The notes under the pieces were generated by a model, which worked only from the letters and a program-made list of their open reading frames with translations, ran no database searches and was not told the origin of the DNA. From the IMG/VR virus record IMGVR_UViG_3300032092_000001: a DNA stretch of 64,000 nucleotides. The stretch is one strand, 5' to 3'. Numbering within the stretch: the first letter of the stretch is position 1; the number at the start of each line of letters is the position of its first letter. Below are positions 47,030 to 56,950 of the stretch, piece after piece. The position numbers and the translations under genes are program-made. This stretch comes from a virus (lineage: Duplodnaviria > Caudoviricetes).

Positions 47030-47709
47030 ATTATATCTATTTGTTTATTTTCTAAATTAATTGTAATGTCAAAAGGTTTTTGGTTGTGAGAATAACGCTC
47101 ATCCAACACTGATGAGTTGAAAAAGTGTGTTCCGTTCTTCTCAACATAACCATAACCTGAATGAATATGTCCACAGTTGTGAATCAAAGGATGTAATGTT
47201 TCCAATCGTTTTGCAAGCATCTCACATCCAAGATTAAAATCACGACGATTAACCACAGTATCCAAGATACCCCAAGCCGGTCCGTGTGTCAATAAGATAT
47301 CCGTGTCATCAGGAATGTCTTTCCACTTTTGTTCAATCTCCCATCCGTTTCGTGGTAAGTTGAATGCCCAATTGTAGAACTCAGGTTGCCAAGGACTACC
47401 ATAGATTTTCAATCCCTCAAACTCAACGAAGTCATCAATCAAACAACGAACACCTTTGTCGTGGAACTCATTAATCATCTTCCAAGCGTCGAATGGTTTG
47501 TCCTCAATATATCTGTCGTGGTTACCAGGAGTAAACACCTTCATCTTGTATGGTAACTCACTAAACCAAGTTAAGAAGTCATACAAATCTTCCCAATCAT
47601 AACCTGAATTCATAATGTCACCACTATGTAAAATCAAGTCGCCACCATTCACAAGGACATTTCTTTCCCTTGTGTGAGTATCTGACATCAATGTTACTTT
47701 AATCTTCAT
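47026..47709 (-). CDS. metallophosphoesterase (MPPED-like)
   Basis: SDTH, HSGD, PGNHD, LLTHGP, GCEML, CGHIH; start revised to MKIKVT. Confidence 0.85.
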   Translation of the reverse strand: MKIKVTLMSDTHTRERNVLVNGGDLILHSGDIMNSGYDWEDLYDFLTWFSELPYKMKVFTPGNHDRYIEDKPFDAWKMINEFHDKGVRCLIDDFVEFEGLKIYGSPWQPEFYNWAFNLPRNGWEIEQKWKDIPDDTDILLTHGPAWGILDTVVNRRDFNLGCEMLAKRLETLHPLIHNCGHIHSGYGYVEKNGTHFFNSSVLDERYSHNQKPFDITINLENKQIDII

Positions 47710-47879
47710 AATCGTCTGGCATTTGCGTGATGACATTTTTTTTCCACCACTTTGCAAATTTACTACTTTCAAACTTACCGGCCAAATATTCTCCAAGAAT
47801 TATTACTCCAATACAGAATAACACTAGTAAAGTACAAGTACCGAAAAACGCTAAAATGAAAAATAACATAATTTTTTAT

Positions 47880-48095
47880 TTAAATTGTGTAATACACTTT
47901 TGTAGTTCTTGGAAGTCCTGGGTAGTAACTATCAATTCTACGATGGATATTCTCGTCCTGTTCGTCAATGTCTTCAGGTATAGGTCCAATCCCGAAATCT
48001 AAAATGTCAAAGTGTTGGTCAATCTTTTTAATAATATCAAGACGTTGGTCTATGGTAAGATTAACATTTAACTCAATTCTACTTGTAACCGTCAT
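47880..48095 (-). CDS. hypothetical protein
   Basis: ORF. Confidence 0.55.
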   Translation of the reverse strand: MTVTSRIELNVNLTIDQRLDIIKKIDQHFDILDFGIGPIPEDIDEQDENIHRRIDSYYPGLPRTTKVYYTI

Positions 48096-48541
48096 ACTGT
48101 ATGTGGTATTGTGTGTCTAACACAGGTTTGTGGTTTTGCTTCGTTCATCAAAAAGTTGTTGATGTAACCCATCATATTGGCAGACCCAATAGGGTTAGCG
48201 GAATGAACCAAAACAATTGGGAACATTATTGGCTCCTTCTTCTTATCAAAATAATTCATCTCCAATCTTTCAGGGTATTGTAAGTAGAACTCATCAACCA
48301 AGAACTTAGCCGCATCATACCCAGTCTTCTCTGAAATGTTATTATAGTCCAATTTGAAGTTAGGAGATACATTCGTGTGGTACTCATTCATAGCACTGTC
48401 TCCCAAGTCGTGGTCCAATGAAATAATTGAGACATTCTTAATCCCAATCTTTTGTACCAAATTCACAAACTCGTGGTAGTTTCTCACAACCATCCAGTCT
48501 TTGTCCTTCGGTGTACGAACATCATCTAGATAAATCTTCAT
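48092..48541 (-). CDS. cyclic-phosphate-processing receiver-like protein
   Basis: IYLDDVRTP, ISLDHDLG, TGYD, VHSANP. Confidence 0.75.
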   Translation of the reverse strand: MKIYLDDVRTPKDKDWMVVRNYHEFVNLVQKIGIKNVSIISLDHDLGDSAMNEYHTNVSPNFKLDYNNISEKTGYDAAKFLVDEFYLQYPERLEMNYFDKKKEPIMFPIVLVHSANPIGSANMMGYINNFLMNEAKPQTCVRHTIPHTV

Positions 48542-48542
48542 C

Positions 48543-48758
48543 TTATTCTCCTTTTATTTTTTCCCAACCATCTTCAATTCTTTTTGAACCAATAGTGTTA
48601 AACCAAATCTCAAATGCAAAAAAGAATAACCACCAATTGTAATCAACTAATTCAGTTATTTTATAGTATCCGAAAGCGGAGACCAATAACATTATAATAA
48701 AATAGATTGGTAGTAACGAATAAAACACCAACCAAAACCAATTAAAAAATTTCTTCAT
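48543..48758 (-). CDS. small membrane protein
   Basis: Two hydrophobic helices. Confidence 0.6.
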   Translation of the reverse strand: MKKFFNWFWLVFYSLLPIYFIIMLLVSAFGYYKITELVDYNWWLFFFAFEIWFNTIGSKRIEDGWEKIKGE

Positions 48759-48784
48759 ATATTATATTTTTTTACAAAGATACG

Positions 48785-49171
48785 TTAAACTTCCTCGCGT
48801 TCCAAATAATTTATCATCATACTCGCCATTGAGTAATTCGTAGCAATTGGTGTGTCAGTCACATTACATATTCTTAACACCATCTGAACATCCACCTCGT
48901 GTGGATGAGATGATAATGGGTCAATAAAGAAAATTACATAGTCAATCTCCTTATCAACAATCTTAGCAGCAATTTGTGCATCACCGCCCATAGGTCCTGA
49001 TTGTAATCTATTAACCTTAACACCGGCAAACTCAATGTGTTTACCTGTAGTTCCCGTCGCATAAATGTTAGCTCTACGTTTGAAGAACTCTAATCTCTTC
49101 ATGATAAAGGCAACCATATCCGCCTTCTTGTTGTCGTGAGCGATAACCGCAATATTAAATTTATTATTCAT
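48785..49171 (-). CDS. mgsA: methylglyoxal synthase
   Basis: IAVIAHDNKK, ATGTTG, SGPMGGDAQI, FFIDPL..HPHEVDV, PIATN. Confidence 0.95.
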   Translation of the reverse strand: MNNKFNIAVIAHDNKKADMVAFIMKRLEFFKRRANIYATGTTGKHIEFAGVKVNRLQSGPMGGDAQIAAKIVDKEIDYVIFFIDPLSSHPHEVDVQMVLRICNVTDTPIATNYSMASMMINYLEREEV

Positions 49172-49205
49172 AGTCTAAAAAAAGTCACAAGGGTTCATTA
49201 TTATT

Positions 49206-49592
49206 TTATCCCTTTAAAAGGTCTTTATTTTTTTTGATATCAAAATAGGTATCAATTAATTTATCAATTCGTTTGTCAGTATATGAATTGGACTCTCTAA
49301 CTGAATCCGTCATTTTAGTATCCATACCTCTCCAAATATCCGTAATTTGTCTTTCCAATCTGTCGTTATGTTCTCTAAACTCAGAATGAATATTTTGTCT
49401 TTCAGTATCAATTCTTCTTGATGTGTAATCCATCTCAGTTGAGATGGTTCTCAACAGTCCTTGGATATCTTCTTGTAAATTTTTAATTTGTGTTTGTTGT
49501 TTATTAATCGTAAGCAAACCCCAAGTAATCACCCCAATAAGAATTAGAGCAAAAACCGAGAGCATACCTAAAACAAAATAAGTTGTTTCCAT
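49206..49592 (-). CDS. N-terminal TM + coiled-coil protein
   Basis: Hydrophobic N-terminus; DSRIDK-like C-terminus. Confidence 0.7.
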   Translation of the reverse strand: METTYFVLGMLSVFALILIGVITWGLLTINKQQTQIKNLQEDIQGLLRTISTEMDYTSRRIDTERQNIHSEFREHNDRLERQITDIWRGMDTKMTDSVRESNSYTDKRIDKLIDTYFDIKKNKDLLKG

Positions 49593-49652
49593 AATATTTT
49601 CTCCTTTATTTCAAAGAACCCTTGTAACCTGATAAAGGATAATAAATAAAAA

Positions 49653-49832
49653 TTACACAATCAACCATAGGATTAAATCAATCATACCAACAGTAAAAAA
49701 TGCAAGGATAAAATCCGCGAATAATCCAATTAATTCTGTTCTTAAATCAACAAACACAACTTTGGATTTGAGATAACTCCAAAATCTAACAAAGAATGTT
49801 ACAAATAAACATTGTATTATAAAATTTACCAT
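49653..49832 (-). CDS. small membrane protein (start revised to MVNFIIQ)
   Basis: TATATTTG at 49837-49844. Confidence 0.6.
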   Translation of the reverse strand: MVNFIIQCLFVTFFVRFWSYLKSKVVFVDLRTELIGLFADFILAFFTVGMIDLILWLIV

Positions 49833-49847
49833 GATACAAATATAAAC

Positions 49848-49876
49848 AAAAAACCCCACCTAATAAGATGGGGTTT
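49848..49876 (-). terminator. intrinsic terminator
   Basis: AAACCCCA...TGGGGTTT. Confidence 0.75.
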
Positions 49877-49895
49877 AACTTTTAAATTATTTAAT

Positions 49896-50555
49896 TTAAA
49901 ATTTCACTCGTTGTCCACATTCATCGTTAGCACCACAAAAATCACAACATCCGGCACTTCCACGACAACATGTTTTACCCCTTCTAAAACATGCTATACA
50001 TCCAGTTGGTGAACTTTCACTAACTTCTTCATCCATTTCAATCTCATAGATGGTTTCATCAATTTCTTCCACGTCCATTTCAATTTCATAGATAATTTCA
50101 TCAGATTCAAATATTGGCGAACCGCCTGGAATCTTTTTACCAGTTCTTGGGTCCATACACCCTTGTGAGGTACAAGTGCCGACCGGACAACATTTATTAT
50201 TTGACGAACAGTAAGTCATTCCACCCAAACATCCGGGTACTTTAGATGGTGTTGAGGTAGGTTTTGTTAGAGCTTCGTCCATGTCTTCAGTTTCTTTCAA
50301 AGCAGTTGTAGTTTCACATTTACCATTATTACATTTTTGTGGAAATTTGCAATCTTTGCTAGTATTACAACCCGCAGCTTCTTTTATAGCACTATCGGAC
50401 TTGCTTTCATTTATCAAAACATTGTTTATCAATTTAGACATTTCTCTTTCAGATAAAGATTGTCTTTTTAGTTCAGACTCCTCTTTAATTACATTTTTGT
50501 GTTGTGAGAGTATCCTTTGTTTTTCAGATTCAGATATAACTATTCTTTTTTTCAT
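49896..50555 (-). CDS. leader protein with three Cys-rich modules
   Basis: 4-, 6- and 8-Cys modules separated by Glu-rich linkers. Confidence 0.75.
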   Translation of the reverse strand: MKKRIVISESEKQRILSQHKNVIKEESELKRQSLSEREMSKLINNVLINESKSDSAIKEAAGCNTSKDCKFPQKCNNGKCETTTALKETEDMDEALTKPTSTPSKVPGCLGGMTYCSSNNKCCPVGTCTSQGCMDPRTGKKIPGGSPIFESDEIIYEIEMDVEEIDETIYEIEMDEEVSESSPTGCIACFRRGKTCCRGSAGCCDFCGANDECGQRVKF

Positions 50556-50655
50556 CTTATTTTTTAAATATAAATACCTTGTAAATTAAAAAAATGTTTT
50601 TTTTAAAAAAATTTTGTTGGTAGATTATTATTCGTATATTTGAAAAAAAAAACAT

Positions 50656-51066
50656 ATGAAAAAAACAATAACTTTAATTTTAGTATTATTATCAACTATT
50701 AGTTTTTCACAGAACTTAGAATTAGTACTAGTTAAACGGTATGTGGGTGATTCATTAAACAATCCAGATAATATTTCATTATCTGAAATTAAAAAGTTGA
50801 ATTTTTACGATTGTCCGTGTCATAACGAATTTAAAATTAATTCGGATAAGATTATGTGTTCCTCAATTTGTAATAATAATAAATTTAATTATACTTTAAA
50901 TTTTATTAATGACGGAAATCAGTATACTTGTTTTAATAATCAAAATGATTATATGGTGACTTATAAGTTAATTGAGGATAATAATCAAATTTATTTGATA
51001 GATTATCATCCATTTGATTCTTATAATTCCTATACTATTTGGTTATGTAAAAAAAAGGGTGAATAA
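50656..51066 (+). CDS. AT-rich secreted-type protein
   Basis: Signal peptide MKKTITLILVLLSTISFSQ; opposite strand within the Cys-rich array. Confidence 0.65.
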   Translation: MKKTITLILVLLSTISFSQNLELVLVKRYVGDSLNNPDNISLSEIKKLNFYDCPCHNEFKINSDKIMCSSICNNNKFNYTLNFINDGNQYTCFNNQNDYMVTYKLIEDNNQIYLIDYHPFDSYNSYTIWLCKKKGE

Positions 51067-51076
51067 TCACCCTTTT

Positions 51077-51679
51077 CTATTTTTCCCATTTTTGAGCATT
51101 TCTACAATCACAATAACAAGGTTGTTTTGGTGGACAAGTAACCACACCTGCAATACGGTCTGAACCACAATTACATGAATCACCAGGTCTTCCATATGCC
51201 TCGTCTAACTCATCTAATTCATCATTCATTTCTGAAATAATTTTAGTATATAATTTTTTTAATGAGTTTTCTTTCACCGTGGTACTAGTAGTTGATGTAC
51301 TAATAGGTTTTGGAGTGGTTGACGTAGTAGTCGTTGTTGTTGGAGCGGGTTTTGGTAATTTTTGTTCTCTTCCAGGTACTTGCATTCCAAAACTCCATGA
51401 CGTACACCCACAACCTGAAGCTTGATTAACATCCGCTAAACTCCACCCTGTGTATACACCAGCATTTGTGGGACATCCAGGAATACTACCTCCGTTACAT
51501 GCCCAACATAATTTTTGAGTTCCGTTAAAAGATTGTCCACAGTTATTTAACTGATTACCAGATGCGGGACCTGATAGAGCTTCTTTAACTAATTTATTTT
51601 TGGAACTATTTTGTTCTTTAATGACTCTCTTAATGATATTCATCAAATCAGATTCTTTCAGTTTAACTATTTTTTTCAT
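51077..51679 (-). CDS. LKESDL-leader protein with two Cys-rich modules
   Basis: Thr-rich linker between modules. Confidence 0.75.
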   Translation of the reverse strand: MKKIVKLKESDLMNIIKRVIKEQNSSKNKLVKEALSGPASGNQLNNCGQSFNGTQKLCWACNGGSIPGCPTNAGVYTGWSLADVNQASGCGCTSWSFGMQVPGREQKLPKPAPTTTTTTSTTPKPISTSTTSTTVKENSLKKLYTKIISEMNDELDELDEAYGRPGDSCNCGSDRIAGVVTCPPKQPCYCDCRNAQKWEK

Positions 51680-51724
51680 ATTATTTTTTACATATAAATA
51701 TCTTAATTATTAAAAAATTATTAT

Positions 51725-51997
51725 TTAATAAGGATTTACAGGATTATGTGGGTATATTACCTCACAAGTCGTGTTGTGTTGACAATAAGTCCCCTGTACA
51801 CACTGGTACCCTTGAGGACAACATTGAGGCCCACAAGGTACCTCCTTTGTTGCACATCCGTTATGTTTAACCGGTTCAGTCTTAGTTCCTTTAACAATTA
51901 AATTTTTAGTAGGACATGATTGTCGGGTAGATTCATTAATAACTCGTTTAATGATACCAACTAAATCAGATTCTCTTAATGTTATAATTTTTTTCAT
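51725..51997 (-). CDS. LRESDL-leader Cys-rich peptide
   Basis: Start revised to MKKIITLRES; CGPQCCPQGYQC. Confidence 0.75.
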   Translation of the reverse strand: MKKIITLRESDLVGIIKRVINESTRQSCPTKNLIVKGTKTEPVKHNGCATKEVPCGPQCCPQGYQCVQGTYCQHNTTCEVIYPHNPVNPY

Positions 51998-52005
51998 ATA
52001 TTTAA

Positions 52006-52242
52006 TTATCTCCCATAACAAACACAAGTCCTTGCATGTTGAGCACTAGCATACCATCCATTTGCATTATTACAGACAGTCTCGCCAGTCTCAGGTAAAG
52101 TAGTTGTCGCAGGTTGTTTACATCTTTTTCTAGTTGCAGTATTTGTATTTCCAACCGAGACATTACTTTTAGTTTGTTCTTTAACAACTTTATTTATTAA
52201 TTTAACCAAATCAGACTCAGTTAATTTTACAATTTTTTTCAT
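52006..52242 (-). CDS. LTESDL-leader Cys-rich peptide
   Basis: CNNANGW...CVCYGR. Confidence 0.75.
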   Translation of the reverse strand: MKKIVKLTESDLVKLINKVVKEQTKSNVSVGNTNTATRKRCKQPATTTLPETGETVCNNANGWYASAQHARTCVCYGR

Positions 52243-52254
52243 ACAATATATTTT

Positions 52255-52530
52255 TTATTTACCTCCTCTTCCACCTTTAAAACACTTACATGTTAGAACT
52301 CCATTAGCCGCAGTCGCCGCAGAGTCAGTACCCCACCCATTCGCAGAATTACAATTATAAGTTGGTTCTCCACTTGAGCTATTATAACTCACAGTATAAT
52401 AAGGGTCCTTACATAATCCTCCAGCTAATTTTTGTGGAGTTGCAGATGGTTTAACTGATTCTATCTCATTTATAACTCTTTTAATCATATTAGTTAGTTG
52501 TGATTCAGTTAATTTTACAATTTTTTTCAT
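52255..52530 (-). CDS. LTESQL-leader Cys-rich peptide
   Basis: KLAGG-LCKDP...CNSANGW...CKCFKGG. Confidence 0.75.
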   Translation of the reverse strand: MKKIVKLTESQLTNMIKRVINEIESVKPSATPQKLAGGLCKDPYYTVSYNSSSGEPTYNCNSANGWGTDSAATAANGVLTCKCFKGGRGGK

Positions 52531-52562
52531 ATTAATATTTTTATAATAAATATTATAAGAAT

Positions 52563-52585
52563 AAAAAAACCCACTTTCGTGGGTT
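52563..52585 (-). terminator. intrinsic terminator
   Basis: AACCCAC-TTTC-GTGGGTT. Confidence 0.8.
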
Positions 52586-52593
52586 ATATTTTA

Positions 52594-52860
52594 TTATTTA
52601 ATAAACTTCATGACAGGTGAATCATAATAGATTGTGTCACCAACATACAAAGTATCAAAGGCCGCTCTGTCAACAGTATATTCTTTAACAACATTTTCAT
52701 GCTCAATTGAAACAAAACACGTACATGGTTCAGTTGGAGGTGTAACCGGTACGGTACAGAATATAACTTCATGTGTAACTACACCATAAATTTTAGGTTT
52801 ATCCTTAATAACAAATGACATCAAGGACAATGTAAGTAACGTTAAAATAATCTGTTTCAT
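52594..52860 (-). CDS. signal-peptide-bearing small protein
   Basis: MKQIILTLLTLSLMSF; TATCTTTG at 52885-52892. Confidence 0.65.
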   Translation of the reverse strand: MKQIILTLLTLSLMSFVIKDKPKIYGVVTHEVIFCTVPVTPPTEPCTCFVSIEHENVVKEYTVDRAAFDTLYVGDTIYYDSPVMKFIK

Positions 52861-52934
52861 AGTTTTGTGTTTTTAATATTTACACAAAGATAAATGAAAA
52901 ATTCACTTAACCAAAATAAAATTAAATATTTTAA

Positions 52935-53213
52935 TTATCTAGTTTTTCCACCTTTAGAACAAGCACAAACCAGTGGTACGGGAGGATTGCTACAAGCATT
53001 ACCAACAACTGCGCTACCTTGAGCAGCTGTCCATCCATTTGACCCATTGCACTGAAAAGTACATCCATTTCCAGTGTACACTATCATAGGGTCTTTACAT
53101 GTTCCGCCAGCTAATTTAGTAACTAATGACGATACAGATGGTTTTGACTCTTTAATTACTTTCTTGATGATATTCATCAAATCTGATTCTGTTAATTTTA
53201 CAACTTTTTTCAT
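52935..53213 (-). CDS. LTESDL-leader Cys-rich peptide
   Basis: KLAGG-TCKDP...CNGSNGW...CACSKGG. Confidence 0.75.
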   Translation of the reverse strand: MKKVVKLTESDLMNIIKKVIKESKPSVSSLVTKLAGGTCKDPMIVYTGNGCTFQCNGSNGWTAAQGSAVVGNACSNPPVPLVCACSKGGKTR

Positions 53214-53248
53214 ATAATAATCTTTAATTAATAAATACCATCTAAAAT

Positions 53249-53275
53249 AAAAAACCCCACATTACTGTGAGGTTT
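53249..53275 (-). terminator. terminator after dnaK
   Basis: AAACCCCAC...GTGAGGTTT. Confidence 0.65.
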
Positions 53276-53293
53276 GTATAACAAATTTATATT

Positions 53294-55156
53294 TTATCCT
53301 TTTACTTCTTCAAAATCAACATCAGACACATTTACTTCTTCAGTTTGATTTTCAGGAGATTGTTGTGAATATAATTTTTCAGATATCTTTTGAAACACAA
53401 CATTAACGTTATCCATCTTGGTTTTAATGTCATCCACATTTTTTGTAGAATGGGCCGACTTTAATTCGTCAATTGCAGTGGTAACTTCAGTTTTTTCTTC
53501 CTCAGACAATTTATCTTCCATATCTTTCACTGTCTTTTCAACTTGGAAGATTAGACCGTCCGCCTGATTGATAACCTCAGCATCTTCTTTCGCCTTCTTA
53601 TCAACATCAGCATTTGCTTCAGCTTCTTGTTTCATTCTTTCAATTTCTTCTTTTGAAAGTCCTGATGATGCCTCAATACGAATGTTCTGTTGTTTGTTGG
53701 TCCCTTTGTCCAATGCTGATACATTAATAATACCATTGGCATCAATATCAAATGTCACCTCAACTTGTGGAACACCTCTCATCGCCGGTGGAATACCATC
53801 CAAGTGGAAACGACCAATTGTTCTATTGTCTTTTGACATTGCTCTTTCACCTTGTAATACGTGGATTTCAACTGATGGTTGGTTATCAACTGCGGTTGAG
53901 AATACCTGTGACTTCTTGGTTGGAATTGTTGTGTTAGCTTCAATCAACTTTGTGAACACACCACCCATTGTTTCAATACCAAGTGATAGTGGAGTAACAT
54001 CCAACAACAATACATCTTTCACATCACCTGCTAATACTCCCGCTTGGATTGCCGCGCCTAATGCAACTACCTCATCAGGGTTAACACCTTTTGATGGGTC
54101 CTTACCGAAGAACTTCTTAACCGCTTCCTGAATTGCAGGAATACGTGTTGTACCTCCAACCAAGATTATTTCATCAATGTCAGATGTTTTAAGTCCCGCA
54201 CTTTTAAGAGCCGACTCACAAGGTTTAATAGTTCTTTGAACCAAACTATCAACAAGTTGTTCAAACTTCGCCTTAGTCAAATTACGAACCAAGTGTTTTG
54301 GGACACCATCAACTGGCATAATGTATGGAAGGTTAATCTCTGTTGAAGGTGAAGATGATAATTCAATCTTCGCTTTCTCAGCCCCTTCACGTAGACGTTG
54401 TAATGCCATTGGGTCTTTGGTCAAGTCCAATCCATTCTCGTCCTTAAATTCTTTAACCAACCAATCAACGATAACATTGTCAAAGTCATCACCTCCAAGG
54501 TGTGTGTCACCATCAGTAGATAATACTTCAAATACACCATCACCCAATTCCAAAATAGATACGTCGTGAGTTCCACCACCACAGTCAAACACAACAATCT
54601 TCATATCTTTAGATTGTTTATCCAAACCATATGCAAGAGCTGCCGCAGTTGGTTCATTAACAATTCTCATTACCTTCAATCCCGCAATCTCACCGGCCTC
54701 TTTTGTTGCCTGACGTTGAGCGTCGTTGAAGTATGCCGGTACCGTAATAACTGCTTCGGTAACTTCAGAACCCAGATAGTCTTCAGCAGTTTGTTTCATC
54801 TTTTGTAAAACCATTGCCGAAACTTCTTGTGGAGAATACTCCTTACCGTCAATCTCAACACGTGGAGTTCCTTTACTATTTACCACTTTGTAGGGAACTC
54901 TATTTACTTCACTTTTACTTTCATCAAATCCAGTTCCCATAAAACGTTTAATAGATGAAATTGTTTTTTCAGGGTTGGTCACCGCCTGACGTTTTGCCGG
55001 GTCACCAATCTTTCTCTCACCACCATTGATAAATGCAACAATTGAAGGGGTGGTTCTCTTTCCTTCACTGTTTGTAATCACAACTGGTTCGTTACCTTCC
55101 ATTACGGCAACACACGAATTAGTTGTTCCAAGGTCAATTCCTATAATTTTTCCCAT
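53294..55156 (-). CDS. dnaK: Hsp70 chaperone DnaK
   Basis: [50 protein letters not shown]. Confidence 0.98.
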   Translation of the reverse strand: MGKIIGIDLGTTNSCVAVMEGNEPVVITNSEGKRTTPSIVAFINGGERKIGDPAKRQAVTNPEKTISSIKRFMGTGFDESKSEVNRVPYKVVNSKGTPRVEIDGKEYSPQEVSAMVLQKMKQTAEDYLGSEVTEAVITVPAYFNDAQRQATKEAGEIAGLKVMRIVNEPTAAALAYGLDKQSKDMKIVVFDCGGGTHDVSILELGDGVFEVLSTDGDTHLGGDDFDNVIVDWLVKEFKDENGLDLTKDPMALQRLREGAEKAKIELSSSPSTEINLPYIMPVDGVPKHLVRNLTKAKFEQLVDSLVQRTIKPCESALKSAGLKTSDIDEIILVGGTTRIPAIQEAVKKFFGKDPSKGVNPDEVVALGAAIQAGVLAGDVKDVLLLDVTPLSLGIETMGGVFTKLIEANTTIPTKKSQVFSTAVDNQPSVEIHVLQGERAMSKDNRTIGRFHLDGIPPAMRGVPQVEVTFDIDANGIINVSALDKGTNKQQNIRIEASSGLSKEEIERMKQEAEANADVDKKAKEDAEVINQADGLIFQVEKTVKDMEDKLSEEEKTEVTTAIDELKSAHSTKNVDDIKTKMDNVNVVFQKISEKLYSQQSPENQTEEVNVSDVDFEEVKG

Positions 55157-55230
55157 AGTTTAATTTAATTTTGTTTAATAATATTGATTATTTTTTATGG
55201 AGTCAAGTCCGACCCCCATTATTAAACAAT

Positions 55231-55265
55231 GTGCCAAAACAAAAAACCTGACATTTTGTCAGGTT
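55231..55265 (-). promoter_or_regulatory. AACCTGACA-N3-TGTCAGGTT palindrome plus TGGCAC upstream of dnaK
   Basis: 9-bp arms at 55245-55253 and 55257-55265; TGGCAC at 55236-55231; may also act as a terminator. Confidence 0.5.
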
Positions 55266-55269
55266 CATA

Positions 55270-55668
55270 TTAACTAATTGTCTTAATTTTTACACCATAA
55301 GGTAATTCATGTCCGTAATTGTGTTCAAACCATTTCAGAAAAGGTTCACGCCAGTGGTTACCAAACATTCCATCCAACTGATTTTTAATATCAGGTTCGT
55401 CAATACTCAATATTGGTGATTCTTTTTTTCTAATCATACCAAATTGATTATCCATCCAATAATTCTCCAAATAAATTGTGAATTGTCTATCATAATCATC
55501 ATTGTAAAATCCAATAGAGTCAATGTGACTTATTTTTTCAGGGAAGTTAACTTCTTCCATATCATCAAAATAACCCACCGACATGTTTGATGGTAATAAA
55601 TTGTCAATATACTTGTAGATTTTATCAGATATGGTTTGTTTCTGACTTTCAGTTATTACGTATTTCAT
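55270..55668 (-). CDS. ITESQ-leader protein
   Basis: MKYVITESQKQ. Confidence 0.7.
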   Translation of the reverse strand: MKYVITESQKQTISDKIYKYIDNLLPSNMSVGYFDDMEEVNFPEKISHIDSIGFYNDDYDRQFTIYLENYWMDNQFGMIRKKESPILSIDEPDIKNQLDGMFGNHWREPFLKWFEHNYGHELPYGVKIKTIS

Positions 55669-56771
55669 AATAATGCGTATAATCTAGTTAAACTTCTAAA
55701 CAACTCGTCACCCCTTCTATCAAATACTTTCTCCCAATGTTTAAAGAATAACTTAGGGTTATCTAATAGTTTCTGACTCATGCCACGGAAAGGGTTACTG
55801 GTCATTCCATTATCTCTAGCATGCTCAACAATTCGTTTCAAAATTTCATTCCAACTCTCAAGAGCAAATTGGGTATGTTGTTGAGCCATTGGTTTTCTAA
55901 AGATGTCCTCCAAACTTTGCATACGACTCAAATCATTAATTAACTTATCAGCCGAGAATGATTTTAACATTTTAACATCTCTGTAAGTATCAGTATCTTT
56001 AATAGAATCAATGAAGTCATTATAGTTCTCAATTTTTTTACTTTTAAGAACTTTTAATGATTGAGGAATTCTAGCCTGATGCTCAAACCTTAAAGACAAA
56101 TAAAGAATATGTAAAAAATAATTGAACTCCTTATTGAAGTCCTTTTTAAGAGCCCCCGCCAAAGTGTTTAAAGTATGTTCCTTACCAAAACCAACTTGAC
56201 CTGACTTTGTATATCTCTTAAATAACTGATAAGAATGGAATACCTCGTGAGCAATTACTGAATCTAAATTTGGGCTTAGTGTATCAAGGTCATCCCAATT
56301 TGAATCCCCCATAGTAATGTCAAATTCAAAGTCACCACTACTATAAGTTTTACCTAAACCTTTCTTATCTTCAAGTCCCATCTTTTCAGAGTTAAAGACA
56401 TGAGTAGCATTAATGGTAGGTTTTTTTATATTGTTAATATCTAACGCTTCGTCAGGGTAAATGTTAAAACTTATTGTAACTTTATTCTTATACATAGGAA
56501 ACTTATCCCACAACTCCTTATTGAAGAGTGGAGAGTTCTTAACATACTTCCAAGATTTTTCTTTACCTACGTTTATATTACCTGACCTATACTCGGTATC
56601 ACCGTATCCCTTAACGTCAGCTTCACCAACTTTAAGTTTTTTACCACTATCTTTAAATGCCTGAATCTCATCTTTAACCAAGTTGGTTAAGATGTCAACC
56701 ATCATTTCAATATCATCAGGAACACCGGCAGCTTCCTTAATAATCTGTTTTATTCTTGTTTGAGTTATCAC
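55665..56771 (-). CDS. leader-bearing HExxH zincin-like protein
   Basis: RIKQIIKEA leader; VIAHEVFHSYQ...FEHQARI. Confidence 0.65.
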   Translation of the reverse strand: MITQTRIKQIIKEAAGVPDDIEMMVDILTNLVKDEIQAFKDSGKKLKVGEADVKGYGDTEYRSGNINVGKEKSWKYVKNSPLFNKELWDKFPMYKNKVTISFNIYPDEALDINNIKKPTINATHVFNSEKMGLEDKKGLGKTYSSGDFEFDITMGDSNWDDLDTLSPNLDSVIAHEVFHSYQLFKRYTKSGQVGFGKEHTLNTLAGALKKDFNKEFNYFLHILYLSLRFEHQARIPQSLKVLKSKKIENYNDFIDSIKDTDTYRDVKMLKSFSADKLINDLSRMQSLEDIFRKPMAQQHTQFALESWNEILKRIVEHARDNGMTSNPFRGMSQKLLDNPKLFFKHWEKVFDRRGDELFRSLTRLYALL

Positions 56772-56913
56772 CAGTTTTAACTTTTAAGATTTTATCCAAC
56801 TCCCATTTCATTGGAACATCTGTCTTAGTCATTAACTCATTAAGTTCTTTGTCTGTAAGGTTTTCTAATGGATTTTTCATAATACAAATGTATAAATAAA
56901 TATTAACAAAAAC

Positions 56914-56945
56914 AAAAAACCCCTTAATAAAATACTAAGGGGTCT
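56914..56945 (-). terminator. terminator after tRNA pair
   Basis: ACCCCTTA...TAAGGGGT. Confidence 0.7.
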
Positions 56946-56950
56946 TGTTG

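Noticed and set aside
51280-51350. Thr-rich repeats as a special element
   Set aside because: Ordinary low-complexity linker; the same holds for the PLPYEE/LLPYEE tail of 35485..35991
53568-54808. Plus-strand ORFs inside dnaK
   Set aside because: Antisense shadows of a conserved gene; the same applies to 36813..37190, 37926..38267, 44787..45194, 50281..50589 and similar
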